Shown here in pieces: positions 1 through 54,267 of a DNA stretch of 64,000 nt. The stretch's first letter is position 1, and each line of letters opens with the position of its first letter. The position numbers and the translations under genes are program-made. The stretch comes from the human T2T-CHM13v2.0 reference genome, Homo sapiens, in NCBI RefSeq assembly GCF_009914755.1, contig NC_060925.1; one strand, given 5' to 3'. The notes beneath the pieces were generated by a model. That model worked only from the letters and a program-made list of their open reading frames with translations, did not search any database and was not told where the DNA came from.

Positions 1-379
1 CTTTTCAGGGGAATTGCTAGAGAAGCAACCCCCTGACTCTCGGAACCAGAAAGTCTCCCTCAGCAGAGGTACTGTGTCAGTGCCCAATTGAATGAAGCCG
101 CTTCAGTGAGGGTAGGGGCCTGTTGATCAGCAAACAGCTAACTTAGCCCTTCTCCCTGCACCTCGGACCTCCTACTCCTGCTCCTACCCACCTACTGAAG
201 CTGTCTCAGTGGTCAAGGGCTAGATCAGGCCTAGAGTGCTGGGGTCTGAGTCTCAGCTTCCCTTTTCTCAGGGGGCCTTGGACGCAATCCCTTATGACTT
301 TGAGATTCGCTTTCCTCCCGTGTAGAACGATAATAAAAAGTGGTACTAATTTCACGAGCTTTAATAGGATTGAATGTGA

Positions 380-1220
380 GCCCAGCGCTTGGCACAGGGC
401 AAGCGCCCCATAAAATGGCAGTTAGGATTAAAATCGAGGTTGCCGGGGGACCCCCAGGCAGGAGCTGAGATTTGTGTGGAGCGGCGAAGTGGGGCGGCGG
501 CGCGTTTGGCTTTGACTTCTGATCCCCCGAAGCGCTCTGGGGTCCTTTGGGCCCCACCCCCACCCACCCCACCGGCGGGTCTTGGGCTCCGAACCCAGGG
601 CGCCCCGCGCACCGAGCCGTTGCGTTTGAAACCCACAGAAAGAATTCCCCCGCTCGACGACGGCGAGGGTGTGGGAGCTACTGGCAGGCAAATTGGTGGG
701 AGCCGCCCGGCCCAGCCTGCCTTGCCGAGTCAGCGCGCTCTTGAGCCGCTGGGCCCTTCCCGGTGCCCGCCTGGCAGCGCGGCGCGGCTGGGGCAGGGGT
801 CTGCTGGGGGCCGGGGACTAAGGGCTGTGGGCCCATCCACACACGCCTCATCCCTTCTTTCCGGGGGCAGCAGAGCAGCAGCGGGAGACCGGGAGCAGGA
901 GGGGTAGGGCGAGAGAAAAGCAGGACCTGGGCCGGGGGTGGGAGTCGGGCCGTTGACGCTCGCTCTGCGAGGGGCTCCCTGGGAACGCCCAGGCGAGCGC
1001 CTCCTGCGGGGCCCCGCCCCCCGAGTGCCTACAATGGTGCCAGGCCCGCACCCAGTCCTCCGCGTGGCTTAGCGGGACAGCATGGGCTGAGCCCAGGCGC
1101 CGAAAGTTGTCACGGCGGCGTCGCAAGGGGGCAGTGCCAGGGACTGTGGGGAGAGCCAGCCCTCCCCTTCCAGCTGTTCCCAGATGTCATTCTGCCCGCC
1201 CAGGCGCCTGGTTCCTGAGC
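380..1220. promoter_or_regulatory. CpG island / promoter of the long C1orf94 isoform
   Basis: Very GC-rich with dense CpGs, unlike the CpG-depleted remainder of the window. GC box GGCCCCGCCCCC at 1010-1021. Lies directly upstream of coding exon 1. Confidence 0.85.
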
Positions 1221-1489
1221 TCCGCAGCATTCCACTGTTCCTAAGCTACTGGTTTTTGTTGACTTTTAAATATTTTCTTCTAAGGGAGAGGGGGAGGGAG
1301 GCAAAAGTCAGGAAAGAGCAAATAAAAACAAATCAAAATAAGCCCTCCCCTCCCCAAAAGAAAGCTGTCCTCCACCCACCCCTCCCACACAAATAGAAGG
1401 CCTCTGAACCTAACCACCTTGCTGGAGCGAAAGCCAGACAGAACTGACCCACTTCTGCCAAGCCCCATCCTCATCTCCCTTTCTGGTGA

Positions 1490-42458
<40,969 letters not shown>

Positions 42459-42830
42459 ATCTCCTCTTCTCCCTTCTCCTCCCTTAGCCCTTGGATCAGG
42501 ACTAGGGGCTCTGATTTTTGGATTCTGCAAAAGCTTGGTATGAAGTTTGGAAAAGCAAAGTTCTGACCAGGTCACAGACAAAACAGCAAGACCAGATTCA
42601 TCTATTGGCCAACACTGACACAAAAATAGCCCTCCTCACACATGGCACAAGCTACACACACACACACACACATGACCCTCATATTCATACTTGCTTGCTC
42701 AACCACTTATGCTTCTGTATTTAGCTAACATGAGTGATTTTTGTTTTTGTTTTTGTTGGTAAAATAGAAGTAAGACACTTAATTTTAGAAAGTTTGTATT
42801 TTATGATAAAAGTATGAGCTACTTGAAATG
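42459..42830 (+). other. C1orf94: C1orf94 3' UTR (3' end inferred)
   Basis: Follows the stop codon. The end is inferred from TGTA (42795), GATAAA (42805-42810) and a GU-rich downstream element (42833-42864). Confidence 0.65.
42654..42672. repeat. (AC)9 microsatellite in the 3' UTR
   Basis: Read directly. Confidence 0.9.
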
Positions 42831-42864
42831 GAGTGTGCCTGTTTATTTTTGTGGTGTTCTGTGT
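42795..42864 (+). terminator. Probable polyadenylation site with non-canonical GATAAA hexamer
   Basis: TGTA, then GATAAA, then about 20 nt, then a GT/T-rich tract. I found no AATAAA between the stop codon and ~44186. Confidence 0.6.
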
Positions 42865-43109
42865 AATCTTTACCTCTCATTTTCCCCACGAGACTCAGCG
42901 TTTACTCAGGGCATGAAAGGAGACCACAGGCTGGAGTCCTCAGAGTGCTGCTATCTAAATATTGGACCTCAGGGATCATAAGTGAGAGGGCTTATCTCTT
43001 TTCCCCTGTGATCCACTCACCTCTCAACATCCCAGTGTATGCATCTCAGGAAGGGACATCATAAACGGAATGCACTCTGTCCTATCCCGAGTGGAAGTTT
43101 TCCATAAAA

Positions 43110-43360
43110 AGTCTCTTTTGGACAAACGATTGGGAAATGTAGCCTGGAAAACAATTTCAAAATTGATGCTAAATGTGGCAGACTATATCCAATGATTGTA
43201 CATCAGTACCAAGATAGAGGTCAATGTCAAAACTGCACCTAATGGTGGCATCCTTAGACCTGTCTTGTTCAACTCTTACCAATGACTCGAATAAGGACAT
43301 TGAGAGCAACTTGATCACATTGATGGAGGACATGAGTCTGGGAAGAGGAGACAGCCTGGA
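43110..43360 (+). mobile_element. L3/CR1 relic
   Basis: CCTTAGACCTGTCTTGTTCAAC...CAATGACTCGAATAAGGACATTGAGAGC...TTGATCACATTG matches CR1 LGPVLFN-INDLD-DIE-LIKFADD. Confidence 0.6.
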
Positions 43361-44074
43361 TTTGTGACAGCACACATTCTTTAACTCTTCTGTTGCACCC
43401 CCTTGGCAGACATCGCTAATCAGCTCTGTCATTCTATCCCCATGAGCTTGGAGAAAGCCACAGAGTCATTCTTCCTGTGGTGCCCCAGGCAGCTGTCACT
43501 GATCAGAGTTGGTCTATGAAATGAAACCCATGTGGCATGCTCTCACAGTGTAACCCCATCGGCCTCACTGGTCTTTCTTTCTGGGTCCCTGGAAACCAAT
43601 TTCTCTCCCAAGTTCCCTCAAGACTTATGCCTTCTTACATTCTTCATGGCCTAAGTCTAGGATTCCCTGGAAGTCCTTCAACTCCCTTCCCCAATGCTGG
43701 ACCCTACTTTGGGCATTTCTTGTTTCTTCTTGATAGCCTTGGTTAACAGTCTGTCCCAAAGGTCTTTCTTATATTGTACTTCTAGGTATTGATCCAGGCT
43801 AGACTATAATTTGCCACCCTCCCTTGATCTCAGCATGTTGGGAAACAGGAGACAGTAAAAGAAAAATTATGGGTTTGCCTTTGGCCAGACTTGGCTTCTT
43901 AGCTGCTTTCCAACTATGACTTAGGGCACAGAACTTAACTTCTCTGAACCTCTTTTCCATGATTGGCCATATTAAGAGTTGTGAGGATTAAAAGATAATG
44001 CAGACTTAATATAAACTTTGAATTTTGAGGATTAAAAGATAATGTAGACTTAATATAAACTTTGTCTATTTAAC

Positions 44075-46205
44075 ATAGACTTGTGGCTTTAAGATGGTGG
44101 AGTAAAGATGTTTCTTTTCCTCTTCTCTTGAAACTTACCCCCAAATAACAAGGAGAACAAGTAAACCTGTATGAACTCTATCCTCAATAAAACTCGGAGA
44201 AGTTGGCAATCCCATCCCATATACACAAGCAGAAATGGGATGGAGGAAAGGTAAATTCCTTAGCAGAACAGAGGAAGATCACATGGAAATGCCTGCCAAA
44301 GGAAATATCAACAAGAAGCTAGCCATTTCTCCTGCAGAGCCCTGATGGTCCTGGAATTGGAGGTGCCAGGTGCTAGACTCCATGGAAGGTGGGGCTAGGA
44401 AGAGGTGAAAGCAACCTGGCCCCACAAAGCCAAAGGCCATGGCCAGTTCTGTAGGAGACAGGAGGCATTTTCTCAGGAGAAAGGTACAGACCATGCATAA
44501 GGACTGTGGAGATGAGGCCCCAGATGGAAAATTGGAATCAAGTGAAATACACATACACTCCTCAATGCCAGCAGCTAGGCTTTAACCAAGAAGCAGAGGT
44601 TTGGAAGGTCCTCTAGGGAAGCTGAATTTCCCCAAGGCATTTGGAGGTACCAGTGAAAATTACCCTATGATTAATGTCCTTTTACAAAGAGCTTCCAATA
44701 AACTTTTTAGAGCAGTCTCCACCAAGAAGGAAATAAATCAAAGATAAGAAGGAACTAAGGAGAGACAGACCATAATAGTCTAAGGGAGATAAGGTAGTAC
44801 ATTTTAAAAATAAGGACAATATGCCATATGCTTATTTTTAAAAATCAGAACAAGAAAGTGTTTTTGGAAATTAAAACAATGATAGCTGATGTAATTTTTT
44901 AAGTGAAAGGGCTGGAAGTTAACATCAGAGAGATCTCATGAAAGGAGAATAAAGACATAAGGGTGGGTTATAGGAGATAAAAGATAAGCAAATGAGAGGA
45001 CCAGTCCAGGAGAACCAATATCTGGCTAAGGGACATTCTAGGCAACAGAGTGAAAATCAAGGGGATGGAAATACTAATGAAAAAAATAAAAGAAAATCCC
45101 CCAGATTGAAAGGCCCAAACAAGTGCTCAGCAAAGTGAAAGAAGAAGATGTACATTGAAGACTATCCCTATGAAATTTCAGAAGAGCAAGGATAAAGACA
45201 AGATTCTAAAATTTCCCAAAAAACCAACTGACATACAAATGCTCAAGAACCAAAATGGCATCAGAGTTCTCAACAGTAACACTGGCACCTAGAACATCCT
45301 GAAACAAAGGCAACAGAACTTCGAGTGGAAATAATTTTCGACCGAGAATTCTAAATCCAAACTCTGCCCTGTGAAGGTAGAATAAGATGTTTTCAGATAT
45401 GAAAAGTCTCAAAAAATTGACCACCCTGCACATCTGTCAGGAAGCTAAGGGAAGATGTACTCCACTAAGACAAGTGGGTAAACAAAGAAAGAAGACATGG
45501 AATCCAGGAATCAGGTATTCAATGTGGAGGGAGGCTAAGGAGATTCCTGGGGTGACGGAAAAGGAATGCCTTCACTCAGGAGCCATGAAACAGAGCCTCT
45601 GAGAGCCACCACCACCAGTCCAGATGTAAGTAGGAAGTTGGTGAGCTCCAGAAGAGAGGCATATCAGTGGGGGCTGGGGAAGGGCTGGAGAAAAAAAATG
45701 ATAGATTATTCTGACAGAGTTGATTCTGTGGAAAATTGTATTAAGAGTTGTTTTATAGCAGTTGGTGGGGGTGGGAAGCTTTAACTATAAATTCAAATTA
45801 AAAAAGGAACAATTGTTATTAACTCAGCAGTGAACAGTATTTACCTGGTCACAACAATAAAAAGTTCAAATATAGATTTAACAAAAAATGGTGATAACTT
45901 GTAACCACGGTGGGAGGATGAAGGTGGAGAGAGGGTGTGAATAGAGCTAAAATCCTCATTTATCATAATAGAAAGGCAGGAGGTAATATCTAAAATGGAT
46001 GATACCAGAGATAGTGGAATTCATATAATTATCTAGAAATCTGGAGATAAACACCAAGATAAACAGCCAAGAGATTTAGGGGGATTGATTTGTGGGGGAA
46101 GACGGTGCAGGAATCACTGCCTTGTTTGTAAGTCTTTATAGCACTGTTTGGCTTTTAAACTATGTGTATGCATTATTTTAATAAAAATAAAGATTTATTT
46201 AAAAG
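44075..46205 (+). mobile_element. HAL1 (Half-L1) / L1M ORF1-containing element, near full length
   Basis: L1-type 5' start AAGATGGTGG; decayed ORF1 (GAAATTTCAGAA...GGATAAAGACAAGATTCTAAAA...ATGGCATCAGAGTTCTCAACAG); no ORF2; HAL1-like 3' end TTTTAAACTATGTGTATGCATTATTTTAATAAAAATAAA. Confidence 0.7.
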
Positions 46206-46237
46206 AGAGAGAAGTTGCATGTAGAACACTAATATGA

Positions 46238-46600
<363 letters not shown>

Positions 46601-47082
46601 TCAAACTGCCTTCTGACACAGATAGAGCCCACTGCCCCAGCTCTCATCCCAGGATGTTTGAGAATCAGATTCTCAGAAGTCCTTAGAAACTTTTTTCTCC
46701 AGAAATTCTTATGGAGAAAATTTAGTTGAAGCGGGGGCCTGGAGCCAATGGCCAATGCTTTTCCAACACATTGCACCCCTGACTCTGCTCACCTCTCAGG
46801 GAATTCCAGAAATAGTTATAGTTGAAGAATAATGGGAACAGGGACCCTCAGTGCTTTTCCTGATCCAGCGTCATGAAGTCTGGATGGGACTGAAAACTCC
46901 CAGCTCTTCTCAGCTTTTCTCTGGGTTCCTTCAAACCCACCTTCCCCCACCCGATGCATTCAGCGCACAGTCACTGAAAACGTATCCTTAGGGATACAGC
47001 AGTGGGCAAGACAGACACAGTGCCTGGCCCTGTGAATTTTTAAGCACAGATACTCAATCATAGTCACCGTGAAAGGTGATGA

Positions 47083-47468
<386 letters not shown>

Positions 47469-47577
47469 AAGTGATGTCTGCTCTTTTAACATTCCTGGTC
47501 CTTGCAGTGAATTCCCATGTGACATGTTTTCGAGTTGTAAGCCTCCAGTTTTCTTCCTGGACACACTCTATTTGTGA

Positions 47578-47878
<301 letters not shown>

Positions 47879-48487
47879 TATTTGTGAACCTTAACACTAA
47901 CAGTGGTCTTTATATAGTTTAAGCAAGTTGAGGAGTAGCATTTTGTGGGAGTTCTAGAAATACTTCATAAAATAATACCAGCTACTAATCATCAAGCACT
48001 TACAATGGAACAGGCACAGTGCTATATACATCACCTTTATTATCTAATGCTCATAATAACCCTGTGAGATATATATTTATTACAGGTGCAGAAACTAAGG
48101 TTCACAGTGAATATCTTGTTTCAGGTCACGCAGTGAGCCAACATTCTTACCCACTTTTCCTGGTCCTTCCCTGTTTCTCATAACACAGCCCGCAGTGAAT
48201 GAACTTTGTTGGAACTTATACCATATGGTTCATGGCTATTAAATTTTCAGACAACTAAGACTTCTGAGTCATTTTCCAGTATGAGCCAGTGTCATAAGAA
48301 AGTAGGAGGCAGGGGCCGAGGAGGTCAGGGAAGCAGCGGTGGATTCTCCATAAGAAAGGGAGAGGTCACCTGAAGCAGAGAAATCAGCTCTCAGCCTTCA
48401 AACTCCTCCTCCAGGGCTTCAAATCCTTCTCCCAGCCTCCCTCCTTTGGGAGGACTTCCTCAGTCCTGTGTTATACGTTCCTCCATA

Positions 48488-48815
48488 CTACAGAGATTGT
48501 CGATTGGTACCAAATATGCATTCCCTCTTTCTCCTTAGTAAAGGAACCCCACTTTCAGAGTGACACATGGCCTTCCAGAATATGTGACTTACTTACAGCC
48601 AAATGGGATGTAAGCAGAAGTGTTCTGTGTGGTTTCTGGAGGTGGAGTCCTCATGATCAGGTTGGTAGAGCAACCAGCCTCAAGAAGGAACTGGGCCTCT
48701 TAGTACCTTTGAGAATGTAGAATGGCCAAACCAACCCTCCCACAAGGGAGTGCCTATCCCTAGGTTTTGTTTACATGAGAGGAAAGTGAATGCTTTTTAA
48801 AAGCTACTGTAATTT
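48488..48815 (+). mobile_element. Old MLT1 (MaLR) LTR
   Basis: GGGATGTAAGCAGAAGTG...GGTAGAGCAAC...AAGGAACTGGGCCTC...TTACATGAGAGGAAA...TTTAAAAGCTACTG. Confidence 0.55.
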
Positions 48816-48818
48816 TGG

Positions 48819-49122
48819 GTTTCTTTCTTTTTTTTTTTTTTTTTGAGATGGAGTCTCGCTCTGTCACCAGGCTGGAGTGCAGTGGCGCAATCTTGGCTCA
48901 CGGCTCACTGCAACCTCCGACTCCCTGGTTCAAGCGATTCTCCTGCCTCAGCATCCCAAGTAGCTGGGATTACAGGCACACACCCAGCTAATTTTTGTAT
49001 TTTTAGTCGAGATGGGGTTTCACCATGTTGGCCAGGATCGTCTCGATTGCCTGACCTCGTGACCCACACACCTTGGCCTCCCAAAGTGCTGGGATTATAG
49101 GCATGAGCCACAGCGTCCGACC
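48819..49122 (-). mobile_element. AluSc-like
   Basis: Antisense Alu with CTGTCACCAGGCTGG and a small internal GGCTCAC duplication. Confidence 0.9.
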
Positions 49123-49619
49123 CCTAATTGACATTTTAAAATGAAGTAACACTATTCCTTCAAGAAGACCTTCCTCTTTTTGCTACCAGATGTTCTTCAG
49201 ATTAGACAATGTTCATCCATCCATTTATCCATCCATTCTTCCATTCACCCATCTTTGTATTTATTCATCCAATTATTTAGTAGATAATTATTGAATGCCT
49301 CCCTTGTACCCGGCATTGGTCTAGGTGCTGAGTTACATAGGTAAACAGTCATATGCTCTGCCCTCACAGAGCTATCTATCTTGCAAGAAAGAAGAAAGAC
49401 TTCAACAAAGAAAGCTTTCCTTGCCACAAACACATTGTCCAGACATTACCAAAAGGAGAAAGAGATAATGTTGACTTGGTGGGGTCAAGCTCATAAATGA
49501 AACATATTTGTCATTTGCTTCACTTTACAAGGAGATAAACAGTCCTAGAGAATGCAAAGGTGGCCTATCTATATTTTCCAGCATTGCATCTTTTTGTCCA
49601 ATAAATGGGGCCAAGTCCC

Positions 49620-50170
49620 CACTATCAGTCAGGGCCCAGGCATGAGACAGAAGTGACTTCAATTATTTCAATAGAAAGAATTTAATATATATAATGGTTA
49701 GGTCTGTATTGAAAAACTGAAAAGGCATAAAAAGAATTCCAAGGGTATTGCAGAAGTAGCAACTGCAGGAAGCAGCTGCTGCCCAAAGAGAAGAGGGTGT
49801 AATGATTAAAACTTAAAAGGCTGGAGGAGGAGCCTCTAGGAGCTGATGTCTGGATCTGGGAAGCAGGGGCTCTTTGGCTGATGTTAGTGTCTCTGGGCAC
49901 ACAGGAGGGCTTTATGGAGTAGGGACCCATTCTCTGAGAAGGCACATTGAGGCTGGTTTTGCAAGTTTGCAAGTGTTGGGAAAATGGTAAACTGGGTGTA
50001 ACTATTGCTATTGGAAAAAATTGCTATTGCTAGGTTGATGTTGACCAGCATAGGAGCCAAATGGGACCAAATAATCCTTTCTTCCTCCTCCAGCCTCTAG
50101 TGCCCCTTATTGGTAGAGCCTGACAGGGAACCAGAAGGCAAAGCAAAAATATGGCTTACAGAGTTTCAGG
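49620..50170 (-). mobile_element. Old LTR fragment (family uncertain)
   Basis: TATCAGTCAGGGCCCAG...AGAATTTAATATA start is typical of antisense old ERVL/ERV1-type LTRs. Confidence 0.4.
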
Positions 50171-50227
50171 AGCATTGGGAATGTGTTTGAAGCCAAGTAA
50201 CTGGCCTAAAAACTAGAAAACCTTCAG

Positions 50228-50609
50228 TTATAGACTGAAGGTTTGTGTCCTCCCAAAACTCGTATGTTGAAGTCTTCACCCATAGTGTGATGGTATCTAG
50301 AGATGGGACCCATGGAGGTAATTAGGATTGGATGAAGTCCTGTTAGGTCCTATTAGATTAGATGGGTTTAGCATCCTTATAGGAAGAGCCAACAGAAAGC
50401 TTACTCTCTCTCCCAAAGAAGAGGTCATGTGAGCACAGAGCGAGATCAAGCCACCTACATGCCAAGAAAGGAGGCCTCAGAATAAAACCTACTTGGTGGC
50501 ACCTTGATCTTGGTCTTCCCAGCCTTCAGAACTGTGAGAAATAAATTCTTGTCGTTTAAGCCACCCAGTCTATACTATTTTGTTAGGGCAGCCCAAGCAG
50601 ACTAAGATA
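50228..50609 (+). mobile_element. MLT1A-type solo LTR
   Basis: TTATAGACTGAA..TTTGTGTCCTCCCAAAACTCGTATGTTGAAG...CAGAACTGTGAGAAATAAATT...GCAGCCCAAGCAGACTAAGA. Confidence 0.82.
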
Positions 50610-51548
50610 TTCTCCAATAACCTTGACATGGGAACTTTTGAAGGCTTGTGGAATGCTCTGAAGTTATCAAATGTGGAAGTGAATTCTCTCCAAGAGTTAT
50701 CTTCTGAGACTCATCTCCACCAGTTCACAAGCATACCAAGCCTTAGAGAAGAGTGTGTGTATGTTCCTGGATATTAACATTCCCTGGACAAAACATTTTT
50801 GTACAATGTTTCTCCAAATCCTCTTCATTCTTCAGAAATTGCCTGTTGTCCTTCAGGAATCACCCCAGGAAGCAGGGAGGTTGGGTGGGGGACGATCAAA
50901 AACTATTAATCAACAGACAAGTCCTCTTCTTGCTGCATTATAAAGTCTTAAGGCTTAGCTTCAGCAGTTTATTAAATTACCAGAACGCCAAGAAAAATAG
51001 CTTTAATAACACATTTCTCCCTATCTATTATTTTTTTATAACCCAGAGTGGAGAATTAAAAGGCTCCCTACCATTTAAAATAGCATTTTTAAAATTAAAA
51101 TGAACACGTTAGAGGAATTTTTTTAACTCAAAAAAGAAGCCATTGATTCAGGATGTGATTACTCTAAGCCGAAATTTTATGGCTAAATCTTTGTGTGGTG
51201 TAAAGAAAGGAGGAGAAATGGTTTTCCTTGAAAGGTTTAAAAGTATATTAATTAGAACAGGTGGATGGGCAGGTCACTTTGTCCTCTCACGTGGTTTAGT
51301 GTTACAAATACTATTTTCAAGAATTATGATGTTGAAGTAGCTGAGATACAGATACTGTGTAGAGACTAGCTGGCCACCCAAATGGGGCCTTGAGAGGATC
51401 AGAGCCACAGTAAAGTGCCCTCAGCTCAGGTTCTGCTTCTGAGTTTTGCAAATTTGAAAACTTTATCAGATCCTCAGAACTGACCTAATTCACAGGTTAA
51501 TGCATAAACCCAACTGTAATTTATTTCTAATGAGAGACTCCTCAATAA

Positions 51549-51840
51549 TTTTTTTTTTTTTGAGATAGAGTCTCGCTCTGTTGCCCAGGCTGGAGTGGAG
51601 TGGCATGATCTTGGCTCACTGCAGTCTCCGCCTCCCAGGTTCAAGCAATTCTCCTGCCTCAGCCTCCTGAGTAGCTGAGACTACGGGCACACACCACCAC
51701 ACCAGGCTAATTTTTGTATTTTTATTAGAGACAGGGTTTGACCATATTGGCCAGGCTGGTCTCTAACTCTTGACCTCGTTATCCACCCACCTTGGTCTCC
51801 CAAAGTGGTGGGATTACAGGCATGAGCCACTGTGCCTGGT
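51549..51840 (-). mobile_element. AluS
   Basis: Antisense Alu; TSD CCTCAA(T/A)AATTTTT. Confidence 0.9.
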
Positions 51841-52039
51841 CCTCAAAAATTTTTAACAAGCATTTGTTGAACTCTAACTATGAGATAGGCATTAACCATA
51901 GATTAAATGGTAAATACATCATAGACTGTGCCCAAAAAGTTTACAGTATGGGTGATGGGGAGGGTGAGAGATACAAATATACTATGAAATGTTTCTACTA
52001 TCATAGTTTTCCAGGTGCCATGGAGATGCAGAGGGTTGT

Positions 52040-52571
52040 AGTGTTAATTATCTACTGCTTGGTGTCCCAAATTACTCCAAGACATATCAGTGTAAAACAA
52101 TAACACTTATGATCTCACAGTTTCTTGGGCATTGCTTATCTGGCTTCTTTGCTTTAGGGTCTCTCACAGGATGCAGTCCAAGGGTCTTCTAGGGCTGCAG
52201 TCTTATTAGAAGGCTTGACTGGGGAGGATCTGCTTCTAAAGTGAGTACTCTTGTGTTTGTTGGCAAGATTCAGTTCTTTTCACGCTATTGGCTAGAGGCC
52301 TCGCCTTGTTCCTTGTTGCTCTCCAGGGAGCATCTCACAACATAGCAGCAAGAAGGCAAGAAAACGTGCCAGCAAGAGTCTGCTAGCAAGATGGAAGGCA
52401 CAATCTTTTTTGTAGATAACCTAATCATGGAAGTGGCACCCCACCATTTTTGTCATATTTTATTTGCTGTAAGTGAGTTACAAGGTCCAGCCCCAGGAGA
52501 GGGGAACACACAAAGGCATGAATCCAGGAGGTGAGAGTTACTGGGAGCCACATCGGAAGCTGACTACCACA
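52040..52571 (-). mobile_element. MLT1F-like solo LTR
   Basis: ATCTCACAGTTTCT...GAAGGCTTGACTGGGGAGGATCTGCTTC...GGCATGAATCCAGGAGG...GCTGACTACCACA. Confidence 0.7.
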
Positions 52572-53109
52572 GTGGTCTTGTCTTGAAATGGGGAAAACCT
52601 GGGGGTTGCCTGGAAAAGCAGCCCGAGAAGAGCACAGTAGTTAGTAGTTCTAGAATCATTCTTCTTGTATGCAAAGTCTGATTCTACCACCTGCTGTTCT
52701 TCTTAAGCTTACCCTTCTCTAACATCTAGATATTTCATTCAACACATATTTATTGAGTGCCTACTTTGTGCCAGGTACTGTTGAAGCCACTGAGGAATTA
52801 GAAGTGAACGAAACAAAGTCTGCTCCCATGAAGTTTGCAGCCTAGTCAAGGAAGAAATTAACGTTGCTGCTATTATCAATGGTATTTCAGTGGAGTCCAG
52901 AAAGACCATAGGGAATTATATCACATACCTGGGGAGGAGAGCCTTTCAGGCAAAAAGAGTTGTAAAGGCAAAGAACAATAATAGTACCTACTTTGTATGG
53001 TTGCTGTGAAAGTTAAATAAAACATATGCTATAGCCAGTGGTGAGAAGGGCCCTGCAGAAAAGTAAAGCAGGTTAAGGTATGCAGAATTGGATGCTACTC
53101 TTATTATAT

Positions 53110-53995
53110 TTTCTTTTGGTAAATTTTATTTTTAAATAATTTCAAATACACATACAGAAAAGTTGCAAAAATAATACAAAGATCTCCTATATACCGTTCA
53201 CTCAGGTTCCCTATTATCGTTTTGCCATGTTTGCTTTGTCATTCTTTCTTTTATGTTGTTATTTTCTGAACTATTTGACAGTAAGTTACTGATATAATAT
53301 CCCTTTACCACCAAATACTTTAATGTATATTTTCTAAGAGCAAAGACGTTTTCTTTACATAGCCATAATATAATTACAAAAATTGAGAAATTAACACTGA
53401 TACTATTATCTCATCTACAGACCTTGTTAAAATTTTAACACTGGTAGTTTTTTTTTTCTGGTCTAGGATTCAATCCAGGATCACACGTCCCATTTAATTG
53501 TCATGTCTCTTTAATTTCCATTAATCTGGGATGGTTGCTCAGCTTTTCTTTGCCTTTTATAACCTTGAAATTTTTGGAAAGTACTGACTAGTTATTTTGC
53601 AGAGTAACCCCTCAATTTGGGCATATCTGATATGGTGGGAAAACCCTGGAAGTGAGATGTCCTTCTCAGCACTTCACCTTAGGGAGCATTTGGGATAGTT
53701 TTATCCCATTACTGGTGATATTAACTCTGGTAATTTAGTTAAAGTGATGTTTGCCAGCTTTCTCCAACATAAAGACACTACTTTTTCCTTTAAAATTATC
53801 TAAAAATATTTTAGGGAGATACTTTGAGCTTATATAATTTTCCTGTTCCCCATCAAACTTTTACCCACTGGTTTTAACATCCATTAATGATTCTTGCCTG
53901 AATCAATTACTAGCACAATGGTTGCCAAGAGGTGATTTTCTAATTCCATCATCATTCCTTCTGCATGTATTAGTTGGCATTCTACTAAAAGCTAT
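53110..53995 (-). mobile_element. L1MC-type 3' end fragment
   Basis: AAATAATTTCAAATACAC..AGAAAAGTTGCAAAAATAATACAAAGA...GGATTCAATCCAGGATCACA...GGGAGATACTTTGAG...TTGGCATTCTACT. Confidence 0.75.
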
Positions 53996-54267
53996 TTTTA
54001 GATGGAATCATCAGGGAAGATTATGTAGGGGAAGAGTGGTAGGCAGAGGGAACTCTAAGTGCAAAAATAAAAATAATATTTACTTCATATGGCTGCCATG
54101 AAAAGTAAATACAATACTACATGCAAAGCATGGGGCACAGCTTTTAAAAATAACTCAATGAAAGTAAACCACTATTGCTATTAAATAGTGACATAAAAGC
54201 CAAGATCTATTATAAAAGGCAAGAAGAATGGGGTAATGAAGTTTAAGAGGAGTGGGGGAGTCCAAGT

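Noticed and set aside
231-1218. Several 65-172 aa ORFs over the CpG island
   Set aside because: GC-rich DNA lacks stop codons; the products are G/P/A/R-biased, occur in many frames and often start at non-ATG codons.
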